Positions 43,881 to 53,134 of a stretch of DNA of 64,000 nucleotides are shown here, piece after piece (positions within the stretch are counted from its first letter, which is position 1; every line of letters starts with the position of its first letter). Source of the stretch: a virus (Duplodnaviria > Caudoviricetes); IMG/VR virus record IMGVR_UViG_3300034082_002867, positions 1-64,000 of that record; one strand, written 5' to 3'. Below the pieces are notes generated by a model. That model was not told the DNA's origin. It searched no databases and saw only the letters and a program-made list of their open reading frames with translations. The position numbers and the translations under genes were made by a program.

Positions 43881-44625
43881 TCTCTTCCTTCCAAGCTTCG
43901 AAGCTAAATTTATCGCTGCAAAAATGCGGCAGTTCTGGTTTATCTAAAGATCTATCTCGACCAAAAGTTCTATTACAAATTATCTTATAAGCCATAAAGG
44001 CTTTAACGTCTGACTTTTTGTTGTAATAAATGCTACGAACTTTAGTCATTGGGATATCATTGTTAATAGAAAATTCTTTTACCTTCTCTTTTAAAATGAA
44101 ATCTAACGCCAAATCATTCTCTTCGAAGAATAAGGTTGGTTTTGTAAAAGAAATATCAGGCACGGCATTTCCAAAAGATAGGTTATTTATATAAATAAAC
44201 GAATCGTAAAATGGAATAGCGAGCTTGAGAGAATCTTCGCTCCATAAGTCTTTAAGATCATTATAATCTAAGAATCCAGTATTAGTGCAAAATGCTTTAG
44301 AATATATTTTGTTAAGCAGCTTGCATCCGAGATCATCTTTTGCAAAGATGATTATCTTATGTTGGCTTCCTTCGTCTTCTGGCAAAGCCGAATTTCTCAT
44401 TGATAATCTAAGACCAAATATTAATTGAATGCCCATCTCTTTGCTGCGCTTGTACGCCTCAAAGAAACCAATTAAAGTATCTTCGACTAAAATGACTTGT
44501 TTAAGACCGTTATCTTTTGCGATCTTAAAAACGCTATCTGATCCACCTTCAGTTACTTTTTTTGGATCATCTAAAGTTAGTATAGATTTTCCTATACTAA
44601 AGTGTGATTTAAACAATGGCAGCAT
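43867..44625 (-). CDS. Stand-alone degenerate PHP domain of Pol III alpha
   Basis: HFSIGKSIL, VEDTLIGF, IFGLRL, IIFAKDDLG..LNKIYS match the DnaE N-terminus. Confidence 0.85.
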   Translation of the reverse strand: MLPLFKSHFSIGKSILTLDDPKKVTEGGSDSVFKIAKDNGLKQVILVEDTLIGFFEAYKRSKEMGIQLIFGLRLSMRNSALPEDEGSQHKIIIFAKDDLGCKLLNKIYSKAFCTNTGFLDYNDLKDLWSEDSLKLAIPFYDSFIYINNLSFGNAVPDISFTKPTLFFEENDLALDFILKEKVKEFSINNDIPMTKVRSIYYNKKSDVKAFMAYKIICNRTFGRDRSLDKPELPHFCSDKFSFEAWKEENVTI

Positions 44626-44634
44626 GCTGCATAC

Positions 44635-44662
44635 ACTTTAGCAAAAGACTAAAACTTGTCAA
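44635..44662 (-). promoter_or_regulatory. Promoter TTGACA-N16-TAAAGT (TG extended) for the polymerase operon
   Basis: Motif directly upstream of the PHP gene. Confidence 0.7.
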
Positions 44663-45707
44663 GGTCGAAAGCGTCAAAATCATCAGGAGTTTCAGTGGGT
44701 TTAGGTTTAAAACAAGGACATCCATCGTATTTGTTTTTTATTATCTTGTCTCCTTCTTGAAGTTTTATTTTCTCTAGTTCTTTTTTTGTGAATGCAGATT
44801 TTTTAATCTTATTATCTTTGTCTACAATCGCATAATAATCAAATCCAAATTTATATGTGCAATACCACATTGGGGTTCCATCTTTTTTAATCTGATTAGG
44901 CTCTTTAGCGAAACCACATAAAAGTTTTCCTGAAAAGCTGCCATCTTTTGGCATTCCTTGATTCGCGGCCATGTTAGATGTGGCGGTCTTTTCAACGAAA
45001 GAATCAGCGTATTTTTGATAACCACTTAACTCATGTTCAAAACCCAAAAGTTCGTATTTGTCTTTGGGATGCATTGGCATGGCCCCACCATCATTTAAAT
45101 CTTGTTTCAAAAACAAGAATTCCATTTTTACATCTTTTAATTCAGGGTAAAGCTTTCTAATAGCAAGCGTGTACATGTAATCTTGTAGATTATCAGTAAC
45201 TTCTTTACCTTCATATTTCTTTTTATTTGTTTTGAAGTCTCTTATTAGGACGACTCCATGATTTCCATAGATAAAGAGCTTATCTATAAATCCTTTTATT
45301 TTGTATTCAATGCCTTCTTCTTGGACAACTATTTCAAAATCTTTTTCTGACACGACTTCTGTAGGTTCGCCGTATTTCTTTCCGAAGAAATCGTAAGTCA
45401 AACCATTCAAAGCCATTGAACGAATATTTTCTAAATCAGTGGTCTCATTAAGATTTTTTCTCTTAATGTGTTTATACACCATTCTTTTTATAGCTTTAGA
45501 TGCAAAAATGTCTTTATTCTTTACTATCTTATTGTAATGACTCTTGTGCCTTGCAGAGCCAAGGCATTCAAGAATAATATGAACAGTATCTCCAATCAAA
45601 GCTCCAGAGTTAGTCTTGTCTGGAAGTTTTAAAATATATTTGCACCAATACTGCCATGAGCAGGATTTTAGCGTTTTAATTTTGCTGGCTGATAATGTTT
45701 CTTTCAA
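44649..45707 (-). CDS. PD-(D/E)xK RecB/Cas4-like exonuclease
   Basis: LSASKIKTLKSCSWQY, GDTVH, GFIDKL, DFKT, QDYMY, Cys cluster. Confidence 0.85.
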   Translation of the reverse strand: MKETLSASKIKTLKSCSWQYWCKYILKLPDKTNSGALIGDTVHIILECLGSARHKSHYNKIVKNKDIFASKAIKRMVYKHIKRKNLNETTDLENIRSMALNGLTYDFFGKKYGEPTEVVSEKDFEIVVQEEGIEYKIKGFIDKLFIYGNHGVVLIRDFKTNKKKYEGKEVTDNLQDYMYTLAIRKLYPELKDVKMEFLFLKQDLNDGGAMPMHPKDKYELLGFEHELSGYQKYADSFVEKTATSNMAANQGMPKDGSFSGKLLCGFAKEPNQIKKDGTPMWYCTYKFGFDYYAIVDKDNKIKKSAFTKKELEKIKLQEGDKIIKNKYDGCPCFKPKPTETPDDFDAFDLDKF

Positions 45708-46783
45708 AGGTTTAAGCTTTCTAGGTAATCTTTAAGAATAGAAATAACCTTCTTATCCTTGTCGTTATTATACACATAGTCAAGAATGTATTCCACTTGA
45801 GTTATCCTATTCCTTTTCTTATTTTCCCATCTTTCCATTGAAATATCTTTTTCCAACATCTCACCAAAATCTTTACAGATAGGAAGCATAATTTTAACCT
45901 TATCAATATCAATGTATTTAATAAGTTTTAAGAATATTTTAATAGCAGCTTGTAAGCCGCGATTGTCAGTTTTATCGGCATCGTTGTTTGTGGAGATTAT
46001 TATTTCGTCCACAGACAAAGACATTAGATATGACAATTGTTTAGAACTGATTTCAAGACCAAAAATAACAAGATGATTATAATAACCTTGTTGCGACAAA
46101 GCTAGACTGTCGCCGATTCCTTCAACAAGAATTATTTTTCGTTTTTCTTCAATAGTTTTCTTGAATACATTATCTTCTTCTCCTTGAATATTTATAGGAT
46201 ATATCCAATTACCTTTTCTACCAATATGTTTCCACTTAGGAGCGGAACTGTTTGGTTTCCATAGCAAATGTCTTCCGCTGATACCTATTACTTTTTTATT
46301 TTCATCGAATATCGGAAACACAAATCGGCCATTCATCTTTCCAGACATTGAAAAACCAGATCGATAAAGCTCAAGAGTTTGTGAACTTATGGCTTTTTTA
46401 TTGTAAAAATCATAATGAGGAAGCAGTGTCTTTACTTCTTCATGGTCAAAAAATTGGTCTGATTCCATTTTGGGCGTTCTAATTGATTCTATACAAGGAT
46501 CGTTATTGTTCTTAATTGAATGTAAAATATCGTCTATCTTAGAATCATCTTTACAAGATAGTTCAAGTAATCTTTTAAAAGGTTGATACGTTGTGTTGGC
46601 TACGAAATCTTTCCAAATTCCAGTGTCTTTCCAGATTTGTAAAGCAGTTCTGTTGTCGCCATCACGATAAATAGCATTACATTGCCAATACTTGCCACGA
46701 TCTGATAATTGATATCCTAAATCAATCAAAGTTTTTTCTATAACTTCCGCTCGATTATTAATGGAGGTTAGGTACGTCGTCAT
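45704..46783 (-). CDS. DNA primase (TOPRIM), degenerate Zn-finger
   Basis: RFVFPI..ISGR, LVEGIGD, STNNDAD, CKDFGE. Confidence 0.85.
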   Translation of the reverse strand: MTTYLTSINNRAEVIEKTLIDLGYQLSDRGKYWQCNAIYRDGDNRTALQIWKDTGIWKDFVANTTYQPFKRLLELSCKDDSKIDDILHSIKNNNDPCIESIRTPKMESDQFFDHEEVKTLLPHYDFYNKKAISSQTLELYRSGFSMSGKMNGRFVFPIFDENKKVIGISGRHLLWKPNSSAPKWKHIGRKGNWIYPINIQGEEDNVFKKTIEEKRKIILVEGIGDSLALSQQGYYNHLVIFGLEISSKQLSYLMSLSVDEIIISTNNDADKTDNRGLQAAIKIFLKLIKYIDIDKVKIMLPICKDFGEMLEKDISMERWENKKRNRITQVEYILDYVYNNDKDKKVISILKDYLESLNL

Positions 46784-48272
46784 CGTTATCTTTAATCACA
46801 TTTGCATTAGCACCGAGAGCGTCCACTATATCTCTGTAATCACCTTTTTCTGAAACACAGAAATTAGCGATTTCAAGATTAACAAAATTCTTTTTAAGAG
46901 TACCGTCTGCGAGCTTTACTGGATTAATAGCTCCTGCAATATCTTTACCAAGATGGCGAGCTTTTACGTTGATAAACTTATGAGTTCCGAAGCTGACTTC
47001 GTTCTGTAGTTCATCAGACGTTTTCTGTCTTAGGATGAACATGTGAGATGAAAATTGAGTAATACGATCAGAGAGAGAAACAATGCTTTCGTCGTCAGTT
47101 ATACTTGATGAATTTTTGTTCGTGACAATACCTGCGCGATTAGACTGTACAGAAGTCATCATTGATATGCATGGCCCTTTATCGCTTACTATATCTTTCT
47201 GAATGCAGCGTTTATATTTATCGACCATTTCTCCAACAAGTTGCCATTCTGTTTTATTACCTCCGCTTTCACTTGTAGTTTTAATATAATCAAAACTAAA
47301 AATCATAGGATTTCCGCGACCTATCTTGGAATAGTAGAATCTTTTTAGAACACTAATCTGAGCATCAACGCTCATGCCGCCTACGTTATAATAATATAAA
47401 TGCTTGTACCGTTTGTTGATGGTACTCCATACTGCCCTAACATTATCTACAACTTCTGCGCCAGCCTTTCGCCAGTTGCCGCTTTCTAGTAGATACATTG
47501 GAACTTTAGACATTGCAGCGCATTGTCTAAAAATAAGTTCTTCTTTGCTCATTTCTCCATTATCAAAATGAAGAACTGGAACTTCGTATTGTTCAGATAC
47601 TTTTGTAGTGAAATCTAAACAGAATTGAGTTTTACCTACGCCTGAACGAGCTACAATAACTGTGATGTTACCCGGTCTCAAAAGAGAGCCGTACATATCT
47701 TGAATTTTAGGATGAGGTCCAGCAAATCCAAATTCTGTAACCGGATTGTTTCCTCGCTCTTCAATGAGAGCTTCCATTTCAGAAAAGATGTTTTCTGGTT
47801 GATCGCTGCCAGTTTCGTACAAATTGATCTGATCATTATAAAGCTTATCAGCAGTCTCAATAATGACGTTGTAATCAGAAGATGGAGATATTGACTTCAT
47901 CTTCTTGTTTATTTCTGCTCCACACATCGCTATTTCGCGGCGTATAGTGTATTTCTTTAATTCTTTAGCAACGCTAATAATTGATTCTGGAGATAGCTTT
48001 TTAAGAGATAGTGATTCAATATAATCTGATGGATTAATATTATCTTCGAAAGTTACTCCAAAGTTCTTTACTCTTTGAGAAATAACTACATCATCAATTT
48101 TTTCTCCGTTATCGATTGCTTGACGAAGCACGCAAAAGATAGTTCTATTAATTTTGGAACTTTCGCTCCAAAAGTCTTTTTCAGTTATAAAAACAGCGAC
48201 ATCTGAATATCGTTCTGGATATTTAATCAATCCAGCAAGCAACTGAGTCTCTAAATCATACGAATAAATCAT
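46758..48272 (-). CDS. dnaB: DnaB-like replicative helicase
   Basis: ARSGVGKT, FDNGEM, FDYIK, VQSNR, VKARH. Confidence 0.9.
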   Translation of the reverse strand: MIYSYDLETQLLAGLIKYPERYSDVAVFITEKDFWSESSKINRTIFCVLRQAIDNGEKIDDVVISQRVKNFGVTFEDNINPSDYIESLSLKKLSPESIISVAKELKKYTIRREIAMCGAEINKKMKSISPSSDYNVIIETADKLYNDQINLYETGSDQPENIFSEMEALIEERGNNPVTEFGFAGPHPKIQDMYGSLLRPGNITVIVARSGVGKTQFCLDFTTKVSEQYEVPVLHFDNGEMSKEELIFRQCAAMSKVPMYLLESGNWRKAGAEVVDNVRAVWSTINKRYKHLYYYNVGGMSVDAQISVLKRFYYSKIGRGNPMIFSFDYIKTTSESGGNKTEWQLVGEMVDKYKRCIQKDIVSDKGPCISMMTSVQSNRAGIVTNKNSSSITDDESIVSLSDRITQFSSHMFILRQKTSDELQNEVSFGTHKFINVKARHLGKDIAGAINPVKLADGTLKKNFVNLEIANFCVSEKGDYRDIVDALGANANVIKDNDDDVPNLH

Positions 48273-48287
48273 GCCAACCGCACATTA

Positions 48288-48548
48288 TCACTCTTCATCG
48301 GTGATGTCAATCGAATCTTGACTATTGTTCACTTCGTTTAAATATTTTTCGAGAGCTTTGACGAGTCCCATTTCAACGATTGGGTTGGAGACTTTGGTAT
48401 AAATCATTGGGCATCCATCTTGAGAGACGTAAGCCACTATAAATCCTTTGGAGGACTCATCGGAACCAGTAAACTCATAGAGTTTATTAAAATAGTTTTC
48501 AGGAATTTTAAACTGTTTAAAATTCTCTGATTGTGAATCTCTCTTCAT
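48288..48548 (-). CDS. Hypothetical protein
   Basis: ORF track; GTGTAA box 9 nt upstream. Confidence 0.65.
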   Translation of the reverse strand: MKRDSQSENFKQFKIPENYFNKLYEFTGSDESSKGFIVAYVSQDGCPMIYTKVSNPIVEMGLVKALEKYLNEVNNSQDSIDITDEE

Positions 48549-48549
48549 A

Positions 48550-48963
48550 TTATAATATTACACCTTGACTCTCGAAAAGCTCTTTATTTATAGTATCGTT
48601 TTCAAATATAGTTACAAGTGTAATTTTATTAAGTTCGCAAAAACGTTCTTTTTTCTTATCTCTATTGAGTTGATGAAGAAAATTCATTCTATTTGTATGG
48701 AAGAACTTAACAAATCCAGTGTGTTGTCTGCCTTGAACTTCTATAGCTATCTTTTTATTAGCGTTATAAAAGTCCAAGGTAAGACGAGTTCCAACTATTG
48801 GAAACTCTTCAAACACAATATTCTGTTGCCAATAGTTGCTTAAAAATTTCTTAGCTTCTGTTTGAAATTTACTACGACTATTCGCGCTCCAATCAATTAA
48901 ATAATTGCGAGCATTCTTGCAACGTCTTTTTTTATTACTCAGTGATAGAAATTCCATCGCCAA
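48550..48963 (-). CDS. DUF559/Vsr-like endonuclease
   Basis: LDFY..KIAIEVQGRQH..RDKKKERFC. Confidence 0.8.
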   Translation of the reverse strand: MAMEFLSLSNKKRRCKNARNYLIDWSANSRSKFQTEAKKFLSNYWQQNIVFEEFPIVGTRLTLDFYNANKKIAIEVQGRQHTGFVKFFHTNRMNFLHQLNRDKKKERFCELNKITLVTIFENDTINKELFESQGVIL

Positions 48964-50113
48964 AATTTAATAAGTTTTCACTGATGTATTTAAAGAAAAA
49001 CGATTTCAACTTTTCGTTGTTGTTGACCATCTGTTCAAATTTAGCAGACCCTTGAATCTGAGCAGGAAAGTCTGTGAACCCAGCTTCTTTTAGAATATTC
49101 AGAAACTCTTCGTCGAAACTAATCCAAGCTCCCTTTTTAATGGCGATCTCCCACATAGTTAGAAAGTCAAAGATTTCCTTTTCGATCCAATTTGACGTTC
49201 CATTCTTTCTTCCATACTTAATAGGATAACGAATAGTACAGTTAGTTCTTTCGTTTGGCGACTTTTTAACTATAATTTTTACAAAATGACCTAGATAAGG
49301 ATTCTTTTGTTCGTCGTAAGAAGCGGTAGGATCTTCAAGAATCAAATCACTCTTGAAGCGAGAATCAAATTCAAAAATCCAATTAGCAAAATGTAGTAAA
49401 GCGTTTCCGCCTGTAGCTGTAGTTTGGCGAATTGGAGCCTTGCTATAAGGATCGAGCTTGATATCAGCGCGAACTTGAGAAACGAATACCGCAACATGAC
49501 CGCGTTTTTGCAACGCAATGGACATGCGCTTCATTAGATCGGCGGCAATAACTGCGCCACCGGCAACTTTTTGAGATTCTTCAAAAGTCTTTTCTAAATC
49601 ACCTTTACGAATCAAGCCATCGACAGAATCGAGTAAAAAGAAATATTGAATCTTTTCATCGTTTTTTCCGACTAGTTCTCGCATTGAATCAAATACTGTT
49701 TCATGAATATTAGATTCAAATACAAAACATGTGCCTTCCACCCATTCGTCACCATTAAATACAAATTTAACTCCAGAACGGTCAATCATCTCCTTGCTCA
49801 ATCGCCCTTCGGCTTTGATATAAAAGCCTTTACGCTTCTTAGGTTGATCTAAGAAGTTCTTCATGAACTGAAGCGCACAGCTAGTTTTGCCGCCTTCATT
49901 GATGCCGCAGAAACGATGCAGCCCAGTACCAATGCCGCCATTTAAAAAGTAATCAAGAAGAAGGCTTCCGCTAGAAATTTTATACTCTATACTTTCTTCA
50001 AAATTATAATGCGAATCTTTATTGTTCTTCAAGAAACTTTTTAGTTGATCTTGAGAAGTGATTATTTTACCGCTTTCTGTTTCTACTTTTACTTCTTTTA
50101 TTTTCTTAGTCAT
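48935..50113 (-). CDS. recA: RecA/UvsX-like recombinase
   Basis: ISSGSLLLD, GINEGGKT, LLDSV, VSQVR, TGGNALLHFA. Confidence 0.9.
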   Translation of the reverse strand: MTKKIKEVKVETESGKIITSQDQLKSFLKNNKDSHYNFEESIEYKISSGSLLLDYFLNGGIGTGLHRFCGINEGGKTSCALQFMKNFLDQPKKRKGFYIKAEGRLSKEMIDRSGVKFVFNGDEWVEGTCFVFESNIHETVFDSMRELVGKNDEKIQYFFLLDSVDGLIRKGDLEKTFEESQKVAGGAVIAADLMKRMSIALQKRGHVAVFVSQVRADIKLDPYSKAPIRQTTATGGNALLHFANWIFEFDSRFKSDLILEDPTASYDEQKNPYLGHFVKIIVKKSPNERTNCTIRYPIKYGRKNGTSNWIEKEIFDFLTMWEIAIKKGAWISFDEEFLNILKEAGFTDFPAQIQGSAKFEQMVNNNEKLKSFFFKYISENLLNFGDGISITE

Positions 50114-50430
50114 TTTAAAAAGTCTTTAACTGTCTTAGGTTTTATACTAATATTATAGTCTTGTCCAGTCTTTTCGCCAATCTGTACTTCTGTATTTTTA
50201 AATTCAGGTTGAAAAACGTATTTCTTGTATTTTTCCGATATTCCGTTCGCGTCTTCTCCTGCATATAAAGTCAAACAATTGACTTTAACTACAACAATCT
50301 GTTCCCAGAATTTTAAATCAGGAAACTTCTTTAGTAGAGAATTTAATATTCTAAACTGTTTTCCCCAAAATGAAGGCTGCACCTTTTGAGGAATATGCAA
50401 AAGCTTTCTTAGTAGCTCTCTTTTATTCAT
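50110..50430 (-). CDS. Hypothetical protein
   Basis: ORF track; follows promoter at 50438-50465. Confidence 0.65.
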   Translation of the reverse strand: MNKRELLRKLLHIPQKVQPSFWGKQFRILNSLLKKFPDLKFWEQIVVVKVNCLTLYAGEDANGISEKYKKYVFQPEFKNTEVQIGEKTGQDYNISIKPKTVKDFLK

Positions 50431-50437
50431 CTTGGAT

Positions 50438-50496
50438 AGATTAGCACGAAGACAAAGGATGTCAACAGCAAAAAACCGCTAGTTTCCTAGCGGTTG
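50438..50496 (-). promoter_or_regulatory. Terminator (AACCGCUAG-GAAA-CUAGCGGUU-U tract) immediately followed by promoter TTGACA-N16-TAATCT
   Basis: Read directly. Confidence 0.75.
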
Positions 50497-50514
50497 ATTT
50501 TGATTTATTTTTTA

Positions 50515-51045
50515 TTAAGCTTTTGGATCGAAGCCAGCACTCTGAAGACCGGGATTTTTAGGAGCAGATTTTTCCTGTTGTATTTTTAATTTTTCATCTA
50601 TACTTAAACCTTCGATGGCTGCATCTGGGGTGATATTTCCTGATGGAGCGGCGGGGGTTTCTGGAAAAACAGCTATCTGAGCGGCTTCGGACTTTTCAGC
50701 TTCTGGTGATTCTCCAGCTTCTTTCTTGCCTTCTTCATTTAGCTTTCCTTTTTTTTGCATATTTTTAAGAATAGCTTTTTGAAGAGCAGGAGGAAGAGTT
50801 TTTTGTTTTTCAGTTAATTGCCCAGCCATTTCAGTAAGCATTGGGCGGTTTTTCATGTATGACATGCCGCACATATACTTAGCGTCACTTGTGGACATTC
50901 CGGCAGTGTTGATCAAAGATTCATCTTTGAGCATACACTCGCTCATGTATTCGCTATGCATTTCAGTTTCGTCTTCCTCCATTATGTTGGAGATGGAGAC
51001 TTCAGCTATGAGATTTTTTGTATCGAATTTTAAATTTGATTTCAT
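50515..51045 (-). CDS. Hypothetical low-complexity protein
   Basis: ORF track. Confidence 0.65.
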   Translation of the reverse strand: MKSNLKFDTKNLIAEVSISNIMEEDETEMHSEYMSECMLKDESLINTAGMSTSDAKYMCGMSYMKNRPMLTEMAGQLTEKQKTLPPALQKAILKNMQKKGKLNEEGKKEAGESPEAEKSEAAQIAVFPETPAAPSGNITPDAAIEGLSIDEKLKIQQEKSAPKNPGLQSAGFDPKA

Positions 51046-51046
51046 A

Positions 51047-51907
51047 TTATTTATTACCTTCTAGGATTTTGATTTGATCTATTGTTTTTGTTAAAATATC
51101 GCCCTTCTTAAAAGTTTGCCCATCATTGATAACTTCATAAGCAATTATTTTTCCCATGTCATCAGGAAGATCTTTAATTTCTTTAACGATTCCTTCGCTA
51201 TTATAATGTTTACATGAAGCGTTGATGTTTAGAATTCTCATTCCAGCTTCAATTACGTTTTTATTGTCTTCTCCTTTTTGGGAATATACAAGATAATTGT
51301 AAATAGCAAATAAATAATCTTCCATTAAAGTAATCTTGCTCTGAACCCAAGACTCAATCTCTTCAGACATCTTCGGATTTGCACGAAGTTTCTCAAGCAA
51401 ATCTTTAGAATAGTCTGAAATGTAAGCTAATTGTGCCATTGCCATCTCGGCAGCTTCTTCATTTACGTCTTCGGATTCAGTTTCTATTTCTTCAGTGATT
51501 TCTTCAGCTTTAGCTAGATGAGGAGCTAGCTTTAAAAGATCAGATTCTTCCCACAAGGTGATACCATCCCATTGATGAACGACATCATCGACTCCACCTT
51601 TAGAAGTATAATCAGTTACAGACTTCTTTGATTCCCACATTTTGCAGCTCCAGAAATTAGCTTTCCAACGAGGGCCGGGGTTTGTGTCGCATTTCATTCG
51701 GGCGCGAAAACTCTTTCTACGAGCGGGATCATCACGCTTGATCTCCATATTTGGATCGCCAAAATTAACTTTTACAACATTACCTTTTTCATTTTTAACA
51801 TAAACAGAAAACTTTTTAGGGCCTTTTGATGTTCTAAAAGGTTTATTAAGAGCTTTCTTGTCTTTTGCAGCACGAATTTCGTTAGTAAAATTTACTGATA
51901 TGTTCAT
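51047..51907 (-). CDS. Multidomain conserved phage protein
   Basis: KKFSVYVK..FGDP..RRKSFRARMKC..FWSCKMW and WVQSKIT..DYL modules. Confidence 0.7.
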   Translation of the reverse strand: MNISVNFTNEIRAAKDKKALNKPFRTSKGPKKFSVYVKNEKGNVVKVNFGDPNMEIKRDDPARRKSFRARMKCDTNPGPRWKANFWSCKMWESKKSVTDYTSKGGVDDVVHQWDGITLWEESDLLKLAPHLAKAEEITEEIETESEDVNEEAAEMAMAQLAYISDYSKDLLEKLRANPKMSEEIESWVQSKITLMEDYLFAIYNYLVYSQKGEDNKNVIEAGMRILNINASCKHYNSEGIVKEIKDLPDDMGKIIAYEVINDGQTFKKGDILTKTIDQIKILEGNK

Positions 51908-51911
51908 TTTT

Positions 51912-52277
51912 TTACTTTAGGGTTAAAAGATACTTTGTTTGATTTACAGAAGCTAGTATTTCATCTCTTATATTTAATAGATCTGTGTCTTTTTTTGGAT
52001 CAAGCATTGTTGGTAATTCATTTATTAAATAGTTTTCCATATCAAGCATTAAACCCATAGGAGGCATATTTTTATAATTTTCCAACGTTAAATTGAAATT
52101 AATCTGAGCTATTATTCTACCATACTTACCCATAAAAGTCTCAACAAATTCATCAATATTTCCAGAAAGGCTTCCATATAGCCCATCAAGAGTTTTATGT
52201 TCAGAAAAAGAAGTTGTTTGCCAATGAAGAATTTTTACTTGATTTTGATAAGTAAGTAATTTGGTGACTATGTTCAT
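51912..52277 (-). CDS. Ferritin/Dps-like four-helix protein (DUF5856-like)
   Basis: LHWQT..EHKTLDGLY...DEFVE..MGKYGR. Confidence 0.7.
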   Translation of the reverse strand: MNIVTKLLTYQNQVKILHWQTTSFSEHKTLDGLYGSLSGNIDEFVETFMGKYGRIIAQINFNLTLENYKNMPPMGLMLDMENYLINELPTMLDPKKDTDLLNIRDEILASVNQTKYLLTLK

Positions 52278-52421
52278 TTTTATTCTTCTATGTTAATAAA
52301 ATTAAGATTCAATTCATCTTCATTTACACCAAATTGCTTAAGATCAGAAAGAGATTCATCAAAATCAGCCTCTTCAAAATCATTAAATGAATAAATGTCT
52401 ACTATTTTATCGTTCATGTTA

Positions 52422-52889
52422 TTAGTTGGCTATATCTTGATCTGCGCGACGATAAGCGTCTTTGACTTTACCACCACTTTGCATTCTTAAAAATGTATTC
52501 ACACGCGCCATACTCCAAGCCGCTCTTGATTGTCCCGGTCTATGACTAGAACTAAACGCGCCTGATCCTCTGCGATATACCTTCTTTAATTGTCCAAGAG
52601 TTACTTTCTTGGAATGTTTAGCGTTGTGATTTTTTACTTTTTCTTTTAAAGCGTTAGTTACCTTTTGGCTAAAAGTGATTTCAGCTTTACTTACTAATTG
52701 CTTTTCGTCTTTTTTATTTAACGCTTCTTTAGCTTTTTCTTTAGCGTCTGGACTTGTGCCAGCAGATCCCGGTTTATTTACGCTAGAACCTTTTTTGCGT
52801 TCATCTGGTTTCGCTGGAGTTTGGGCCGAGCTTTTTGGGCCTTGTCTTTTTTTTGCAATAAGCTCAGAAAAATCTAATATTAAATTCAT
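52422..52889 (-). CDS. Basic conserved phage protein
   Basis: LKKVYRRG..AF.SSHRPG...WSMARVNTF. Confidence 0.7.
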   Translation of the reverse strand: MNLILDFSELIAKKRQGPKSSAQTPAKPDERKKGSSVNKPGSAGTSPDAKEKAKEALNKKDEKQLVSKAEITFSQKVTNALKEKVKNHNAKHSKKVTLGQLKKVYRRGSGAFSSSHRPGQSRAAWSMARVNTFLRMQSGGKVKDAYRRADQDIAN

Positions 52890-52929
52890 ATTTAAAATTA
52901 CACTAATTTAACAATGTGTAGAAAAAAGT

Positions 52930-52957
52930 AAAGCCGCTTTTTTAGAGCGGCTTTTTT
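52930..52957. terminator. Intrinsic terminator, possibly bidirectional
   Basis: AAAGCCGC...GCGGCTTT with A/T tracts on both sides. Confidence 0.75.
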
Positions 52958-52972
52958 TGTTTTAATTGACTA

Positions 52973-53086
52973 TTACTTCTTCTTTACTGGAGGCTTGGCT
53001 GGAACTGGAGGCTTTCCAGTGGGCTTTGCAACCTTAGCGGAAGCGGTGGGAGTCTTAGTCATTGTCTTTACTGTAGTCTTGCTCAT
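52973..53086 (-). CDS. 37-aa K/P/T/A-rich histone-like peptide (not in ORF track)
   Basis: MSKTTVKTMTKTPTASAKVAKPTGKPPVPAKPPVKKK; followed by terminator. Confidence 0.6.
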   Translation of the reverse strand: MSKTTVKTMTKTPTASAKVAKPTGKPPVPAKPPVKKK

Positions 53087-53134
53087 ATTTGTATATGTAG
53101 TTTATGTTATATTTGTGAAAATGTTTTTCAACTT

